A DNA stretch of 63,970 bases, counting the filler, from Cercozoa sp. M6MM (taxonomy: Eukaryota > Protista > Endomyxa: Ascetosporea), in assembly GCA_040357565.1 (NCBI GenBank). It is 12 parts of 12 records of this genome, joined end to end, with 100 filler letters (N's around TTAATTAATTAA, not from the genome) between each part and the next. Parts side by side here need not be neighbours in the genome. Positions count along the whole stretch, not along the records: positions 9,716 to 28,444 come from JBDODJ010000228.1; positions 28,545 to 34,073 come from JBDODJ010000890.1; positions 34,174 to 42,915 come from JBDODJ010000515.1; 9 more parts are not named here. One strand, written 5' to 3'. Numbering within the stretch: position 1 is the first letter of the stretch; each line of letters starts with the position of its first letter. This document shows, in pieces, positions 24,528 to 36,786 of the stretch. The translations under genes were made by a program, and so were the position numbers. The notes under the pieces were generated by a model. It saw nothing but the letters and a program-made list of their open reading frames with translations. It made no database searches and was not told where the DNA came from.

Positions 24528-27232
24528 ATGCAGGGGGGCAATGTGAATAGGCCGACCGCTAATGTACAAATTATTATTTCTGACAGCCTGTCTGGTCTGC
24601 CGAATTTGTTTTGTCTGTTCCAGATGGGTGGCTTGACGTTCGAAATTGCGCCATTTTGCTCGCAAGCAGAGGCACCAGTCACAACGCAAGCGGTGGTACA
24701 ACACACGCACGATCCTGAGGTAGTTTCAGTGAGCTTTGACGAGGTTGTTCTCGCACTGATCTGATGAATTTATCAGTTTCGATCGCTGGAGATGCAGCAC
24801 CAGGTGCAGATGCACGAGTTGCAAGCACGCGTGCACCAGTTAGAACACTTATTGCACAAGGAACGACAGGGTAAAGCTTTGGCGATCATAGCTAACAAAG
24901 TCAAAAACGAGAGTTTTTTGTTGATTCGGCCTAGGTCGAAAATCGGCTGAGAAACGCTTGTCGCAGAGTAACCTCGCCAATGCGCGCGAAAGACGGCAGG
25001 TACCGTCTTTTTACGCTTTTTTGTATTTACTGCTGCAAAACTGACTGGTGTGTTGTTTGATTGACTAATATAGTTGAAACGGAAAATCGCGTCGCTGGAG
25101 CGCAGAGCGGCCGAACTGAATTCGCGCGACATTCAGCACCGCCACAAGTGCTGCTAACTTTTGCTTCTTTAATTTTTGCTTTTTGCTTTCCAGTTTGTGA
25201 GTTCTTTTGCTTGTGTCAGAGTGGTCCGATCGGAGCAAGAGGCCGAGAAACTAAGTATTTCGCTGCTTTGCCTTCAACCCCTTGTCACCCTTTAACCCCT
25301 TCTTCCTACTTTTCTTGGACAGGAGTGCAGCTGCGACGGCGTCTGCGCAGTGTGCAGATGCGAGGTGCCACTCTGGTGCTGCCGAAGGCGCCTTCGCCGG
25401 TGCTTTGACTCTTTGCTGCTTCTGTATTGCTCCCCACGTTACTTCCTTCACGCCCTGCCCTTTGTTGCCTCTCAGTTTACCGACCTGGAGTACGAGGTTG
25501 ACGACGATGTCGTGGGACTGCTAAACGACGTCGACGACGTCGAGGAGTCCACTGTGCACGCACTACGCGCGCGCTTCCGACACCTGGTAACTGGGGAGGG
25601 GGTAACGGGCGGGGCGGGGGTAACACTCTGTGTGTAGAGGAGAGCACTTTCGGACGCCAACGAGCGCTTTGTGGTATTGTTTAAACTGGAGGGGGGAGGT
25701 TTAAAGGGGTTAAAAAAACGAGTGCGCGCAGAAGGCCGACAAGGAGCGCGGCGACATGCTGTCGCTTGCAACGGCAGTCGCCGCCATCGTGCGACAGGGA
25801 CGCGCCTCGGTACTGCGCGAGGCACGTGAGCCACTCGACTCAGAGGAAGGTGACCACATTAGTGACCACACTGGCGACCACACTGGCGACCACTCGAGCG
25901 ACCACGTGAGTCGGGAGGAGGCACGTGCCATGTCTTCGCATGTGGCCAAAATGACCGCGCGGCTTTTGTTGCCGCTGCGTGATTCTTCCAGTGTCGCCGA
26001 TGACGGTTCTAACCCTTATCTTCTGCCCTCTTACCCTCTTTTGCCCCTTTACTCCCTGTACCCCCCATGTTCAGTGCGACGTGACGTGCGTTTCCTGCTA
26101 AGTTTTGCCCTGCGCGGTGCTGGTGTGACACGTGCGCTGGCACGTGGCGACCTGAGCGTTTCTCTGGCCGACTCGTCGTTCTCGCTGTCGAACGAACCGA
26201 CCGCGCGGACCGTCGCCACACAGACCCGATCTGTCGACTGTGTCGCTGTCGAAACACAAACCGAAAACAATGTCGAAACTGTTGAAAGCTCGGTTCAGAC
26301 TGACGAAAACAATGTCGAAACTGTCGAAGTGTGTGTTCAGACTGACGGGAACAATGTTGCAACAGTCGAAATGAGTGTTCAGACTGACGAAAACAATGTC
26401 GAAACTGTTGAAAGCTCGGTTCAGACAGTCGAAAGCAGCTTTCAAACTGACGAAAGCCCAAGTACAACCATCGAAGGCGCGGTCCAAACAGTCGAAACTT
26501 CGGCTCAGACGGACGAAACGTCGGTCCAAACAGTCGAAACTTCGGTTCAGATGGACGAAAGCTCGGTCCAGACGGATGAGAGGCCGTGTGTGCAGTGCGG
26601 CACGCTGCGCGCCGTTCTAACGCGACTGAGCGCTGCCTGCGTCTCGTTCCAGGTACCGAAGTGTAGAGTGGGGTTCCCGGGGAGGGGGAAAGGGTGAGGC
26701 TGAAGGTGGACCCAACACAATGTAGTCGCAAGTGACGCAACTGCAGCACGACAGCAGACGCGTGGTGGCAGCGTCGCTGGCGAGGCAGCTCGTGAGTGAG
26801 GCACGGTGGCAAGCCACGAGGCACGTGCTGGCTTCGTCATCAGCTACACCGCCAGTGTCACCCTCAATGTCACTCTCAGTGTCACCTTCAGTGTCATCCT
26901 CAGTGTCACCCTCAGTGTCACCGTCGGTGACATCAACGGCCTCGTTGATGAGCGAGTCCACTGCGCCAAGGCAGCAGCTACGCGGACGTGATGAGGATGA
27001 GTACGACGAGATCTGCGACATGTCCATGTCGGAACTCAAGGAACTTCTGGGTGAAGACGGCGGCGACGACGACTTTGAGCTGCTCGAAGCCGGCGCCGCT
27101 CGCACTGACAGCGCGCACATAACAAACGTCTACCTCAGCGACGACTCGGACACGGGCTTTGGCGGCACGAGCAGCGACAACCGAAACATTGTGAGCGACG
27201 GTTTTGACAGCGAGAATGACCTTTATTGCTAG
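24528..27232 (+). CDS. Coiled-coil protein with a tandem TQT/VQT motif array and acidic tail
   Basis: Coiled-coil exons (QVQMHELQARVHQLEHLL), GDH repeats, 14-aa VETVESSVQTDENN repeats at 26210-26580, VSPS repeats. Confidence 0.65.
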
Positions 27233-27858
27233 CGCTAGCTTGGTTGGTTTCGTTCGTTGATCGCGTCGAGTGTGGCCAGGCGCTGGCTTTACGTTAGTTG
27301 GCTGAGCACGAAAAAAAGACAATTCAGTGAAAACGGGAGAACGTCTCACGAAAAAACCACGACACTATCATATAGTACTCGTAGGTACGATACATGCTAC
27401 GGGTTTACCGGGAGACATACAGGCCAACCCTGAGAACCTAGCAACATTCAACAGAATGCACCAAGCAAGTAACTGACCGGTCGCATTCTACCTTGCATTG
27501 ACAAGTGTTGTGCAGACCTGACTTCCTAGCTTGAGCCAAGCTTTCTACAAGCTGACGCAGTTTGACTGCAGGTATCTTTTCTCCAGCTTCCTTAAGCTTC
27601 TACGGAGCTCTTGTCCTTATTCGGCTGTTTTTTTTTTCAATTGCCTTAGTTTCGACGACCTTTTCTCCAAGAGTATGTCTTCTAATCCTCTGCGTCGACC
27701 CGTTCTAACTGACGTTTTGCTTCCTTTATTAGTCGTATACCATAGTTACTTGTTTCCATACCGGAACCGAACATAGTTACCTTGGGTGTCTGGTAGTGTT
27801 TTTTAACTTTTTTGACGATTGGGCATATTAGACAAAAAAAAAACGCCTCGCCAATTAG

Positions 27859-28444
27859 TTAACGACGCCGCACGAGCGTGTTACGGTAGCTGTCCTCGCG
27901 CGTGTCGACTGGCGCCTTCTTGCTGCAGGAGCAGGGGTAAGAGGAATCAAGGGGTAAGAGGGGTAAAGGGTACCGCCCGCGACGCGACGAGCGCGTCTGC
28001 CGCGTGGAAGCGACGGCGCCGGCGAACAACGAATGTCGCCGCTGCCGCAGACTGCGCGCGATCGCACTCTGTCGCTCCTTGAGTTCCTGTGCAAGAAAAG
28101 AAATAAAGCGCTGGTTACAATGGTCACAAAACAACACAAACTGGCTACACACACAGACTGGCTACACACAGACTGGCTACACACACAGACGCTGTACCGT
28201 CAGCAGGACCGACTCACGCCGGCCGTACGGAATCAGAGCCGACAGCAGCGACTCAAAGTCGTCGACATCCGTGAGTTCGAACCACTGCGACGCCGGCAGC
28301 GGCAGGTGCGCTGGGGGAGGGGGTAAGGAAGGTATCCGGAGGTAAGGAAGGTACGGGTATGGGGGTAAGGGGGTAAAAGACGTACCTTTAGTCAGAGCCG
28401 AGTGCTCCGCCGCTGCGCTTTCGCTCTCATCGTCCTCGTCTTCT
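27859..28444 (-). CDS. C-terminus of a WSD (WHIM/DDT-associated, BAZ/ACF-like) chromatin protein, 5'-truncated
   Basis: SQWFELTDVDDFESLLSALIPYGRRESVLL|ELKER matches W...LxxLxxAL...GxRExxLxxxL. Confidence 0.7.
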
Positions 28445-28551
28445 NNNNNNNNNNNNNNNNNNNNNNNNNNNNNNNNNNNNNNNNNNNNTTAATTAATTAA
28501 NNNNNNNNNNNNNNNNNNNNNNNNNNNNNNNNNNNNNNNNNNNNTGTATGT

Positions 28552-28677
<126 letters not shown>

Positions 28678-28699
28678 CGCTTTGTTTTTTATCTTTCTA

Positions 28700-30100
28700 A
28701 ACTGCGCGGCAGTCAAAAACATCATTACACTTGACGCAAATGTCTCACACCCATGCACACCTGTGGTGCACATCGGGGAGGTAAACTTATTTTCGATGGT
28801 GACGATGGCAATTGCACATTTTTAGTTGTAGAAACATACCCTAAAGACAAGCCAATCCAAGGATACTCCACTCTCAAGCTTAAGGTGACCCACTCTCTAA
28901 TAAACACGAGTATTGATAGCGAGAGAAAGGCGTTGCTGCCCATGTACCAGGATGCCATAGGTCCTGACAACAATGTTGCCAGGTTTGCCAATTGTTTCGG
29001 CGTAGCTGTTTCATGCATTCATTCTCATATTCAAAAGCTTGATAAACTCATTAAATGGAGACATAAAAACTCACTAAATGGAGACAAAAATGTTCGCAAA
29101 TGCTGGAACGATCTTCGTTGTATTTAAGCAGACTCGAGTATTTACATGCGATCCATACTGTAAATATGTCACGTTGAGTAAAATTACGAGCGAGAGGATG
29201 GAGTATGCGGTGACAATTCGAATCCATGCTTCACTCCATATTCCAAAATGACCAGTGTCGTACTAAGTTTAGTACCAGGAAAATTTAGATGCACCTAAAC
29301 GTTGCTTCACTATAGATTTACAAACAACATAACTTACTCTCAGGGAGCTTCGTCGTATTTCGCTATGAAGCCTCGCGAGGGAGAGGAAATACAAGCTCGT
29401 CGCCACGCTAAAGCGAAACACCAGTGCCTAGAGACAGCACTGGGATTCTGGTTAAGATAGCACCAAAAACAGTTTTAAAATCAAGGTACCGTTCCACTCC
29501 AAATTATCAGTGTGTGCCTCGAGTGGTTCCAAAAACGAAAGCTCTTGTGAAATACAAGACATGTGGCCTATTGATTTGCGTAACGCGAATGAAGGTTGAA
29601 TGATAACAGAACTCACAGCTGCGGTATCGGTGCAATGAGGCAAAATGTACCAGGTCCTCGTCATACAGTGGGATGTTCCATCCTTCGACGTACCGGAAGC
29701 TAAAGGCTTTTAAATTAAATTTTACACTGTACTGTACAATGTCCTCGCCCTGGGCACGATACAAGAGGAACAACTAACGTCAGGCCAATTCCTCCCTGGA
29801 TGGCTTGCCAGCAAATGAGAAAGAAGCAGCCGTGGATGAGCACGGCATTCCACCCGACCTCTCTCAGCTCTGCAGTTTAAAGCACAGTCAAGCTGGAGAG
29901 AGGTCGGCTGAAACATCGCGAGTCACGATGTAAATTAAGTTTACCTTTTCTTCTAGGACCAAACTGGGTGATAATGTATCGCGCGACGAAATACACCCCT
30001 CCCAACAGCGCTGAAACTGTGCTGCTCGCCTCTGTGCATGGATTCAGTGGTCGGGGTAAAGGAGTCACCTTGGAGGAAAACCCCTGCACGTAAATTTACC
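28700..30100 (-). CDS. Probable multi-pass membrane protein; exon structure unresolved
   Basis: Hydrophobic exon fragments ALLGGVYFVARYII, WNAVLIHGCFFLICW, ALVFRFSVATSLYFLSL and WIRIVTAYSILSL, bounded by GT/AG. Confidence 0.3.
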
Positions 30101-30626
30101 AAGAGTTTGCGATAGCATAAACAGTCTCGAGTACACAGTTTCTTTTTTAACTCACGGGATGGGCTTCCAGTGGCATTTCGCGGTTCCTGACGCAGTTCCC
30201 AGCTTGCGAGACTATGATAAGCCAGCTCCACTAAAAAACCTTTCTGGGTTTTGCGTTCAAAACTAAAGCTTAAGACTTCCGCGCGGATCTCACACGTCAG
30301 TCTTGCCTTAGTCGGTCGAGTTGCAGTGCGAGTGGCCGATCTGACTGTAAATTTGTTTAGTATCGCAGAGATTGATGGTGGATGCTGCATTCAGCTTTAA
30401 GCGAGTTGACTGTACGCCGTGAAGTTAGTTGCTGCTGTAGTTAACATAAATACAACGTATCGATACTGTTTACAATTCGATTGGGTCCAACGACAAGGGC
30501 AACTGAAACAAGCAAGGAAGGTTCAGCTACGTTGCGTTGGTCGTACAGCCAAGCCGCCTACGCAACACCGATAGTGAAAAATGAACACGACCGTTCGTCG
30601 ATCAGCAAATACGAAGCAGCAAATCG

Positions 30627-30939
30627 TCATCTCGACCGAGCAACTCGAGCGAGAAGTCCGCCATAGAAATCCGAGTCAGAGAAGTCCGAGTCAGAGAAGT
30701 CTGAGTCAGAGAAGTCCGATTCATCAGTCACCGCGCCAAAGGAAGCTTCACTGCTGTCCGAGTCAGAGGTGTCGGTGACCTCACTAGATTCACTCCAAGT
30801 CGAATTGTCTACAGGGTTCAGCTGTGAGTCGACTTGCTGCAACACGCGGTCTTGCGGGTGCTCACGCTGTTTGCGACCCCGCCACATGGTCAGCAGTTGA
30901 GCCCAAACTGTGTACAACACACACACATACACACACACA

Positions 30940-30988
<49 letters not shown>

Positions 30989-30998
30989 NNNNNNNNNN

Positions 30999-31046
<48 letters not shown>

Positions 31047-32336
31047 ACGCACACACACACCACGCACACACACACCACGCACACACACACAGCGAGTCAA
31101 CCCAAAACTGTACAGAAAAGGAGTACCAGAGGCAACTGAAAGACTGCCAGCGTTGCCAAAGACCGCGAGCATGTGTTTGGCGCGCGTGAGACCAACGTTG
31201 GCGCGTTGAACATCTTTATATGAGCAGGCAAGTAAACACATACAGCTCATAGATACCCTCTTGCCCACGCCAAAAAGCGAATGTACCGGCTACAAAGCCA
31301 ATGCTACGCGTAGCCTTGTGCGAACGGACACACGAGAAGAGCACAATGTCGTATTCCGAGCCTAAGTGTTCATACACCAAACAGGTAAGCTTAGCAAGTT
31401 GAAAAACTAGCTTGATTCAAAAACAAACCCTGGAAGGAATCGACACTGCCGAAAGTAACTGCAGACAGCAGACGCTTTCGAATCTTGTAAACATCAAACT
31501 CGCTGTGCTGGGAGTCTGCGTCCCTTGCCAGCTTCCGGGAGTGTTTCAGCAGCGCTTTTTTTACCTGCACCGAAACAAAGTGCTAAAATGCAACTAAATT
31601 TATTGTATTAGTTTCCGACTTTGAAGGTCAACAAAGATCTTTACCTCATGCTGCAAGATCTCGATTTGCGCCCGATAGGGCGACATCATACCGATGCTGA
31701 TCGCCTCGAAATCCTACGAACGCAGAGAAACAAATGCAAGTGAATGCGAAAGAGAGTTCACGAGTCGAAGACAAGTGAAGATGTCATATCTACCGCAATG
31801 GTGTCGACAGAGACGGCAATGCACTCGACGATAGTACGGATGTAATTCGCCATCGCTCTCGCCTAAACTCAAAGAAAGTATCAGTCAATGAGCGCACGGA
31901 AGCATTTTGATTACCTCGACACGATTGTACCTCGACTTGCCAACGGACACCTTTGTTCGACCAATCAAATCAAAGAAGCGTGTCGTTCCTGTTACCACAC
32001 CCAAAAGCTCATACAGATGAAACCTAATACTTGACTTGGTAAGAGTGGGGTTTTACCAAACAAGTGCTTCCGCTCAGCGTTTTGCATAGCCGGGAATTTG
32101 TTTTGCCACTTCCACTACAATTACCGAATCAGAAGGGATGTGCGCACACACAAACTGCATACACTACAGAGCGAGAAGCTACCTCGTCGGACTGGACGTT
32201 GGGACCGTTGCCAATCCGACTGCCATAGAAGGCGTGATTGCTGAACCTTGCGATGGCAGGATTCATACGGTACTGTTGGTTCAGCAGTTTCACTCCCTTG
32301 TAGCCTTGATCCTGCCACAAAAGTAACATGATCAAG

Positions 32337-32420
<84 letters not shown>

Positions 32421-34015
32421 AACAGAAGTGTACCAGCATGCGTTGGAATAACGGGCGGTGGTATCGACGCTGCCGCGCCAGTTGCGACACAACCGTTGCC
32501 TAAAATGTGTGCGTAGTCGTTTGTTTATTAAAAAGACACAGTTGAAAGTACCGGCAACTGCTTTGGATCGCCAACGAGGATGAGTTTCTTGCATCCCGTT
32601 GACACTGGGATCAACATCTGCGTCTCCAACAACTGAGCAGCCTCATCGATCACTATCGACCAAGAAACGGTTGCAGCAACTCCACACCAATAAACAAATT
32701 ATAATATATATTCGATACATATATTATATATAATAAGAAAAGGTACAAACAACGCGCACAGCGGTGTTGCGGCGCACAGTGGTGCTGCCTGCAGTCGCCG
32801 TTGTGCAGAAGACGACGCGTGCCTGCCGGAAGACCATTCCGATCAAGGTATCTCTCGTATTGCGTTGTCGTTGAAAATGCAGATTCGACAGTTTCACTTT
32901 CTTCTTGAAACTGCGCACATCGCCAAAAACACTACATCGTCAACAACAACAAAAACAGCAAAAACAACAGCGAGTACTGATAAAACTAACTGAGGCAAGG
33001 AGTCTTTGAGTTCACATTGCAACTCGCGCACGCGTTTCAGCAAGTCCACAGTCTTTGCGTGCTCCCAGTCGGTTTTGATCATCTTCTTGTAGTCGGCGTA
33101 CACCTCGTACAAAGACTGAGTTACGTTGCTGCATACAAAAACACACACACACACGCACACATACACACACGTGTTAATCTGTGAGAGGTCAGGACTTAAT
33201 ACCTGGGGAGGGGAAGAAGCTTTCCTAGAGTCGCATGCGCCTCCACAGCTTCCTTCCACTGCAATTTGAAGTTGTCGATCTGGGCAGGTTTCGCCTGGAT
33301 CAACTGTTCCAGGTATTCGCTCAGCTGGGACACGAATCGACACAGCAAAAGCGCGTTGTTGGACACGTCGACCACCTTTTGGTTCACCAAAATCTGAAGT
33401 GATCAAACAAGGGTGCATGCAAAACACAAAGAAACAAAGGAGTCAAGGGTACACTCATCATATCCTCATTGTCAGTGTGGACTGCATCCCTTGCGGCGGC
33501 GAGAGCAATGTCACGTCGCGTCAGTGCCAGGCCAAACTGCTTCGTCAACGAGTTCACCCCGTCAACGACGTGCTTCAAAAACATGCCAGCCAGCGACTGC
33601 ACGGCCTTGTTGGTGACAGCACACACCATGACCTTCTGCACACAAGTACAAGCATTCGACTGCGTAGAAGACAAACCACAGCACTCAGTGTTGGTACCTC
33701 TCCCTTCTCCAGTTGGGAGGCTATGTTTGCAATGATGGCTGCCGACGTACGCGACTTGCCTACAGCATGCACAAAAATAGAGATATCATACTGTGTAGAG
33801 AGACTGAGTATACTATAAACAGATAGAAAGATATAGATGTATAGACGGATAGATATATAGGTAGATATATGTATACATATATTAAATAAATGGACACACA
33901 AGAGCAAGGTACCCGTGCCAGGAGGACCCTGGATAAGGGTGATAGGGTGATTGAGCAAGTCGCAGGCACGGAAAGCCGCGTCTCGCTGCGAGGGATTCAT
34001 CTGTAGACCCGACAT
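30627..34015 (-). CDS. DNA2/NAM7-type superfamily 1 helicase (Upf1/Sen1-like), helicase core and C-terminus
   Basis: MNPSQ, LIQGPPGTG|KS, VCAVTNKAV, VVFCT, IDEAAQ, LVGDPKQLP, QYRMNPAI, SPYRAQ, DSFQG, RANVGLTRAK. Confidence 0.95.
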
Positions 34016-34031
34016 CTTGCGTTCGAAGGAC

Positions 34032-34073
<42 letters not shown>

Positions 34074-34173
34074 NNNNNNNNNNNNNNNNNNNNNNNNNNN
34101 NNNNNNNNNNNNNNNNNTTAATTAATTAANNNNNNNNNNNNNNNNNNNNNNNNNNNNNNNNNNNNNNNNNNNN

Positions 34174-34222
<49 letters not shown>

Positions 34223-34322
34223 NNNNNNNNNNNNNNNNNNNNNNNNNNNNNNNNNNNNNNNNNNNNNNNNNNNNNNNNNNNNNNNNNNNNNNNNNNNNNN
34301 NNNNNNNNNNNNNNNNNNNNNN

Positions 34323-34377
<55 letters not shown>

Positions 34378-34379
<2 letters not shown>

Positions 34380-36614
34380 CTTGCGTACCACGGCGTCATC
34401 GATATCGCGCTTGTCGTCGTCATTCAAGTTCTCGTTGGCCCGGCGCGCCTGCATCAGCACTCTCAGCGACACGCGAAGCGGTAATCTTCTTTCGCAGCCA
34501 ATCATCCAGCGAGTAGCTTCAAGCAGACGGCGAACATCCTCGGCAGCCAGCTCTTCTGGAGTAACTGTCTTTGCCCACTTCGCCCATGCAGAAGCGGCAG
34601 AGTCCAACTTGACTTCGAGCCCGAGCTCAGCACGATGCTGTCACAACGCATATCACCAAAAACAATAACAACACTGAAAGAACTCGCAGTCAAAAACTGT
34701 ACCGACATGTTCTGGTGGAGCTCGTCCAAAAACAACCTGAGATCGTCCGCGTCGTTCGGTTGGCCGACGCACTCCTTGGCTGCTCGCGCCAGCACCCTCA
34801 AGGTCTTAGTGTGATTTGATTTTGCTTGCACAGACTGCGCGTGCTGCAGCACGCTCCAGAGCGGACCTTGGTCACCGTGACCCTGGCGAGCAAAGCGTGA
34901 GAGCTCGCAAAGCGCTTCGGCAGCCTCGACCAAGGCGCGGTCTGGGGTCTCGGAGCTAGTCCCACTGCGCGTGAAATTGTCCAGTAGTCTGTCCCAAGAC
35001 TTCAGCTACACGCCCTCGCATCAGATAAATAGAAACAATTACTATACAAAAGATGTCGCGAAAGCCCAACGGTACCACTTCGGTCATTTTGACATTGCCA
35101 TTGTCGACGTTTTGCCGGACTTGCTGGACGAGATGCGGAATCTGCTCCACCCAGCGGCGGAAATCCTCGCTCGAGATTTGTCTCCCTCGATCCGCAGCCT
35201 CTCTCAGCTGCTGTATTGCTTGCTCGAGCGCCTGTGCCGGACAAAGATCAATCACGTGGACGACCAAAAAAAAGCAAAAATCACAAAGTCATGTCAGAGG
35301 CAAATTTAGCAGTTGCGAGCTTACAGTTTGGTCCTCGCGATCAGCCATTGCTTGTGAAACCTGAAAAGTCCCTGCTTACACCTAAAGAAGCTGTGAAGAA
35401 GTGAAGAGAAAACTGTTTTGATCGAGAGCGGCGAAGGTTCTTTTGTCCAATGAACCGTCTGGGTACAAGTACAAGATTAGTTAAAGGCAGTTTGGTGCAG
35501 CTCAGGCCCGTGCTTAATAACTTGAGTATGCATTTGCAGGTGCTAAATTCTAAATCACTTGAGTTTACTCGACTGGTTGTGGTTGAGTTTACAGTTTATT
35601 TCGTGACAGCCAAGTAGCACAGAAGACTGCCGATCGGTGCGCCCCACTTGACGGCTTTCCAGACCCTGTCTGCTCACACCAATTCGGATCTCTATATAGA
35701 TATATATAGCATACCGAGCCTCCTCCGAGTGCGCAGTCGTTCTATGATGGTACAAATGGCAAGTATCAAACTGCCAAAGCCGAAAAAACAAAGGTACTTT
35801 TGAGGTGATAAAGGGTCCCCTCGAGATGGAGTCGCAGCGGCATTTCGAGGCCGAGGTGGCGCTGCTGCAGCAGCACTTCGTTGTCGAGCCAGTCGCACCA
35901 CACCGACAGAGTCTCTGCCGACTCACTGCGACACCGGTGCTTCATTGCTGCAGCGACACATCGAAGTGTCTGCTCGACTGTGGTGCTCCAGTCTCGGGTA
36001 TTCTGCCCCTGTAGTATTGATATCCACTTGTACAAATGAGACGAAACAGTGTCCAAACCTCGGAATTGTTGGCGTGAATGTAGCGTGCCAGCCGAACTAC
36101 ATCTTCTAACAATGCCGCGGGTGGCGTCTCTGGCTGCAGTTCGCTCTCCGTCTGTACCCAGCACAAGTAAGCGTAAAAAATCAGAGTCCAGCAACGGTCG
36201 ACTTGCCTCAAGGAGTTGTACATTTCGTGAAACCCAGTCGTCGAGCTCGCGAGCAATGAGTTGCATCATCTATTGCACATAACCCCTCGCAAGTTTTGCT
36301 TGATGCCCCGGTGAGATTGAACGGATTTTACAGCACTTGTATCGCCACGAACAGCGGACATAATTCACCAGGGCAAGCTTTTGCAGCGAGTGCAGGAGAC
36401 GAACTTTTAGATTCCAAAGCAACTTTGTTGACCTCTAAATAGAGTGTACACTCCTCAGCGACTGTCGTACCGCTGGAGTCCTGGTCGATAAGATTGTAGC
36501 CGTGCTCGGCCACAACTTCGTTTTTACTTGGAGCCGGCAATCCGACAATCTGCCAGGTCGCCAAGCGCAGGCTGTAGATAGTGCCGTAGATGAAAGAACA
36601 ACTCGCTCGGCCAT
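34378..36614 (-). CDS. Helical hypothetical protein, 3'-truncated; possibly the N-terminal part of the adjacent helicase
   Basis: Exon ORFs 35766-36269, 34956-35267, 34502-34933 and 34122-34607 run into a (TG)n intron at the contig end. Start uncertain. Confidence 0.5.
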
Positions 36615-36786
36615 TCAATCAAACATCACTCGTCTGCATGTAAATATGTATTCCCCCACGAGTTTTTGTTTCAGCATTGGGAAAATACGAAAAAGCTGCT
36701 ACATGCGTAGCGACGTTGTGGCCGGAGTTGCACTATTCGAGAGGCATGTTTGACTGCAAAACCTCGATTGAAGTTGTCCTGAGAAA

